This document shows, piece after piece, positions 63,574-64,000 of a DNA stretch of 64,000 nt. The DNA comes from Octopus sinensis. Taxonomy: Eukaryota. Location: assembly GCF_006345805.1 (NCBI RefSeq), contig NC_043021.1, positions 16,120,001 through 16,184,000 on the forward strand, in the 5' to 3' direction. Every line of letters starts with the position of its first letter. The stretch's first letter is position 1. The position numbers were made by a program, and so were the translations under genes. The notes under the pieces are model-generated. The model was not told the DNA's origin and made no database searches. It worked only from the letters and a program-made list of their open reading frames with translations.

Positions 63574-63740
63574 GCTCTACCATCCAAGTTCCTTAACTCC
63601 CTCTAAACAGTTCAGTATCATCACTCGGCCTCTGTTCAACACATACAACAACATTGTATCGACAGCCAGTATGGACGAGATGTGTCGTACAGTAATGAGC
63701 TGGTTTGACCAATACTGTTCCCTTGCTGCTCTCAGACCAA
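19240..63740 (+). CDS. MLXIP: Mondo-family bHLH-ZIP glucose-sensing transcription factor (MondoA/ChREBP co-ortholog), partial at both ends; join(19240..19346,28975..29048,38274..38399,40188..40338,41393..41485,43445..43503,44832..46016,47511..47643,49132..49340,50888..51005,51832..51929,52761..52874,55958..56045,60591..60690,63014..63131,63611..63740)
   Basis: Exons are AG..GT bounded with compatible phases and no stop. The translation has Mondo conserved regions ([50 protein letters not shown]), LAQLLT, the basic region HISAEQKRR, an HLH-ZIP and the DCD/WMC motif NWKFWIFSII.RPLF. Assignment to MLXIP versus MLXIPL cannot be made for an invertebrate single-copy gene. Confidence 0.93.
19480..20560. 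repeat. Minisatellite: CTTCTGCACTCTTACACACTCCACCATG plus variable (CA)n, about 19-20 units
   Basis: Constant 28-nt core separated by CA runs of variable length. Confidence 0.92.
25700..26180 (+). mobile_element. RTE 3' UTR-derived repeat with (GAT)n tail (also ~29619-29925, 33385-33757, 46143-46395 on +; ~21255-21500, 49600-49860, 58085-58270 on -)
   Basis: Internal ~55-nt units gtggcacgtaaaaagcacc, body ggaagggcatccagctgtagaaac, tail ttaaacgatgatgatg; 5' part overlaps the sequence after the RTE stop at 44500-44548. Confidence 0.75.
27640..28004. mobile_element. hAT-type MITE, older copy
   Basis: TIRs CAGTGGCTCTCAA / TTGAGAACCACTG; degenerate TSD CTTCAGTA/CTTTTGTA; ~23-nt caggggccatatggatc subterminal repeats. 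Confidence 0.7.
28975..29048 (+). CDS. MLXIP: Mondo exon (Y)[24 protein letters not shown]; phase 1 to 0
   Basis: cttctctttacag acceptor, GTAAGT donor at 29049; PVC.F..PL motif of the family. Confidence 0.92.
30127..30302. repeat. ~30-nt minisatellite (tgataaacccaaaatgttgacagtccccttt), 5-6 diverged copies
   Basis: Recurring tgataaaccc...ttgacagtccc. Confidence 0.7.
37283..37703 (-). mobile_element. tRNA-derived SINE family B with an internal (TA)n/(CA)n tract (also ~6395-6820 -, 28141-28543 +, 42664-43180 +, 46980-47395 - and partial copies)
   Basis: Head ggcgcaggagtggctgtgtggtaag...ccgggttcagtccc, tail gctccagcatggccgcagtcaaatgactgaaacaagtaaaagag. Confidence 0.85.
38274..38399 (+). CDS. 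MLXIP: Mondo exon, [47 protein letters not shown]; phase 0 to 0
   Basis: poly-T/caacag acceptor, GTAAGT donor at 38400; matches [17 protein letters not shown]. Confidence 0.93.
39481..39550. repeat. 16-nt tandem repeat (accctaatatgctaaa/ggg), about 4 copies
   Basis: Alternating aaa/ggg variant units. Confidence 0.7.
39848..40069. mobile_element. piggyBac-like TTAA MITE family b (uninterrupted)
   Basis: TTAA|CCCTTTTGATACC ... ATGAAAGGG|TTAA. Confidence 0.78.
40188..40338 (+). CDS. MLXIP: Mondo exon [50 protein letters not shown]; phase 0 to 1
   Basis: ttttccttttctttcag acceptor, GTAAGT donor at 40339; SDxLFS...PNPRE motif (MCR6 and start of MCR V). Confidence 0.9.
41393..41485 (+). CDS. MLXIP: Mondo exon, MCR V (M)[30 protein letters not shown]; phase 1 to 1
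   Basis: gtgttttcag acceptor, GTAAGT donor at 41486; matches DMIQPGLIPLQPNLDFMDTFEP. Confidence 0.93.
42118..42388. repeat. 14-nt tandem repeat (CCCTCTGTACCACT), about 19 copies
   Basis: Near-perfect array with one variant unit near 42265. Confidence 0.92.
43445..43503 (+). CDS. MLXIP: Mondo small exon (L)[19 protein letters not shown]; phase 1 to 0
   Basis: Needed to convert phase 1 (41485) to phase 0 (44832); ttctgaatttcag acceptor, CAG/GTAAAT donor; LFSDIF resembles the DLF.. continuation of MCR V. Confidence 0.75.
43547..43852. mobile_element. piggyBac-like TTAA MITE family c
   Basis: TIRs CCCCTTACCCAACA / TGTCGGGTAAGGGG (13 of 14 complementary), flanked by TTAA. Confidence 0.8.
44101..44548 (+). 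mobile_element. RTE-clade LINE 3' fragment (ORF end plus start of the 3' UTR)
   Basis: LLRWMCNVS...[18 protein letters not shown]...[13 protein letters not shown] motif, stop at 44433. Confidence 0.85.
44832..46016 (+). CDS. MLXIP: Mondo large S/P/Q-rich central exon (395 codons, SEPNLLLS...SQGFAVPS); phase 0 to 0
   Basis: Longest non-repetitive ORF in the window (44700..46100); ctttgttttacag acceptor, TCT/GTAAGT donor at 46017. Confidence 0.88.
47511..47643 (+). CDS. MLXIP: Mondo exon [44 protein letters not shown](G); phase 0 to 1
   Basis: ttttctttag acceptor, CAG/GTAAAG donor; open frame bridging neighbouring phases; carries the LxQLLT motif. Confidence 0.87.
48341..48573 (-). mobile_element. 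tRNA-derived SINE family A (many copies: ~706-1080, 1097-1290, 1730-1960, 7150-7850, 17075-17280, 22950-23178, 23945-24177, 27385-27606, 32640-32850, 41860-42028, 59661-60045, 61757-61984)
   Basis: Recurrent gagctggcagaaacgttagcacgccgggcgaaatg...gttctgagttcaaattccgccgaggtcgactttgcc (Pol III A/B-box-like head); this copy has the 12-bp TSD TAGTGTCATACC. Confidence 0.85.
48594..48975 (+). mobile_element. tRNA-derived SINE family D, young CpG-rich copy (older relatives ~12180-12780 and 40400-40725)
   Basis: Head GGAGGCGCAATGGCCCAGTGGTTAGGGC...GTTTCGATTCCC; 12-bp TSD TACCATGGAGAT (48582-48593 and 48976-48987). Confidence 0.85.
49132..49340 (+). CDS. MLXIP: Mondo exon (G)[16 protein letters not shown]...IPNTLTN; phase 1 to 0
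   Basis: tttcggttcag acceptor, GTAAGT donor at 49341; VKQE motif; frame continuous. Confidence 0.85.
50888..51005 (+). CDS. MLXIP: Mondo exon [10 protein letters not shown]...TSALTTTKQ(G); phase 0 to 1
   Basis: tatttttctcag acceptor, GTCAGT donor at 51006; phase fit. Confidence 0.8.
51156..51485 (+). mobile_element. tRNA-derived SINE family C (also ~9346-9690 -, 29083-29420 +, 60950-61245 -)
   Basis: Head gcatggctcagtggttagagc...gagttcgattc (A and B boxes), body gtgcaatcccatggtcattcatgaccgaagg. Confidence 0.82.
51832..51929 (+). CDS. MLXIP: Mondo exon (G)[32 protein letters not shown]; phase 1 to 0
   Basis: long poly-T/ttacag acceptor, GTAAGT donor at 51930; phase fit. Confidence 0.82.
51949..52146. 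mobile_element. hAT-type MITE (198 bp)
   Basis: TIRs CAGTGGTTTCCAAAC / GTTTGGGAACCACTG; perfect 8-bp TSD CTGTAGAA; repeated GGGTCGC subterminal motifs. Confidence 0.88.
52761..52874 (+). CDS. MLXIP: Mondo exon, bHLH basic region [38 protein letters not shown]; phase 0 to 0
   Basis: ctcctttaaag acceptor, AAG/GTACGA donor; [12 protein letters not shown] signature. Confidence 0.95.
53305..54476 (-). mobile_element. Tc1-family DNA transposon with a decayed, internally deleted transposase
   Basis: 26-bp TIRs CAGGGGTTGGACAAAATAATGGAAAC flanked by TA; the - strand from ATG 54295 reads [19 protein letters not shown]..., [37 protein letters not shown], with stops and frameshifts. Confidence 0.9.
55958..56045 (+). 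CDS. MLXIP: Mondo exon, helix1-loop-helix2 [29 protein letters not shown]; phase 0 to 1
   Basis: tcattcaacag acceptor, GTAAGG donor; GFD.L..L.P...KVSKAT.LQK signature. Confidence 0.95.
56210..56428. mobile_element. hAT-type MITE (219 bp)
   Basis: TIRs CAGTGCTTTTCAAAC / GTTGAAAACCACTG; perfect 8-bp TSD GTCTATGA; GGAACCC motifs. Confidence 0.87.
57159..57379. mobile_element. piggyBac-like TTAA MITE family a (also ~29498-30026 with an RTE-tail insert, ~58512-58729, 62341-62561 and degenerate copies)
   Basis: TTAA|CCCTTTAG ... CTAAAGGG|TTAA; shared body aaaccggccatatccggccc. Confidence 0.78.
58957..59224 (+). mobile_element. mariner-family transposase 3' remnant with right TIR
   Basis: [15 protein letters not shown]...[18 protein letters not shown], like the mariner C-terminus DYHLFRSLQN..L...RW..C....G.Y; ends TTATTTATGGGATGACCCAA|TA. 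Confidence 0.75.
60591..60690 (+). CDS. MLXIP: Mondo exon, leucine zipper (A)[32 protein letters not shown]; phase 1 to 2
   Basis: cccttgttgcag acceptor, GTAAGG donor; zipper heptads. Confidence 0.93.
63014..63131 (+). CDS. MLXIP: Mondo exon (S)[39 protein letters not shown]; phase 2 to 0
   Basis: ttctatttcag acceptor; CQ.QLPATG.P and RT..NWKFWI motifs; GTATCCTTT donor. Confidence 0.95.
63132..63610 (+). other. U12-type (minor spliceosome) GT-AG intron
   Basis: 5' site GTATCCTTTT; branch site TTCCTTAAC at 63589-63597, 13 nt before the end of the intron (CAG ends at 63610), with no long pyrimidine tract; removal joins KFWI|FSII in frame. Confidence 0.9.
63242..63382. repeat. Perfect inverted repeat: 60-bp arms 63249-63308 / 63316-63375, 7-nt loop, plus 6 further pairs after one mismatch
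   Basis: Base-by-base reverse complement checked. Confidence 0.93.
63611..63740 (+). CDS. MLXIP: Mondo exon, DCD/WMC domain [43 protein letters not shown]; phase 0 to 1
   Basis: TTCCTTAAC...CAG acceptor, GTGAGT donor at 63741; matches FSI...PLF...N..VS....W.DQ.CSL..LRP. Confidence 0.95.
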
Positions 63741-63889
63741 GTGAGTACTTACTTACATTCCTTATATTATTCTTATCCACTTGCAGGACCATTTCACCAT
63801 CTTTTTCTTGTCTTTACAATATCTTTGACATTACCTTTTCAACATTTTTTATATATGTACGAGTGTGTATTTATGTATATATATATATA

Positions 63890-64000
63890 CTAGCAGTATT
63901 GCCCGGCGTTGCTCGGGTTTGTAAGGGAAATAACTATATAAGCATTTTTAGAGAGTTACTTCCCTTATATAAACCGAGCGAAAAATGTGGAAAAATGATG
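63890..64000 (-). mobile_element. Non-autonomous Helitron, copy 3 (3' end only, cut by the window edge)
   Basis: CTAGCAGTATTGCCCGGCGTTGCTCGGGTTTGTAAGGG inside a (TA)n run. Confidence 0.8.

Noticed and set aside
1-64000. Autoregulatory ChoRE (two CACGTG-like boxes 5 nt apart)
   Set aside because: Only isolated CACGTG hexamers were seen by eye; a PWM scan would be needed to exclude degenerate sites

Overview
Eukaryotic, AT-rich and repeat-dense DNA; the SINE/MITE families and microsatellite style look like a coleoid cephalopod (Octopus-like; inference). The only gene I can support is a + strand Mondo-family bHLH-ZIP transcription factor (MLXIP/MondoA-MLXIPL/ChREBP co-ortholog). I reconstructed 16 coding exons by hand from 19240 to 63740. 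They total 2903 nt (~967 codons), all splice phases are compatible and there is no internal stop. The first coding exon (MCR I) and the C-terminal exon(s) were not found in the window. The last complete intron (63132-63610) has U12 minor-spliceosome signals and contains a perfect 60-bp hairpin. The rest is tRNA-derived SINEs, RTE and CR1/L2 LINE remnants, non-autonomous Helitrons, piggyBac-like and hAT MITEs, Tc1/mariner remnants, Penelope-like fragments with minimal hammerhead ribozyme motifs, an 18S rRNA 5' fragment, and mini/microsatellites. Exon, TIR and TSD coordinates were counted by hand; SINE boundaries are approximate (about +/-15 nt). No prokaryotic features and no CRISPR array.
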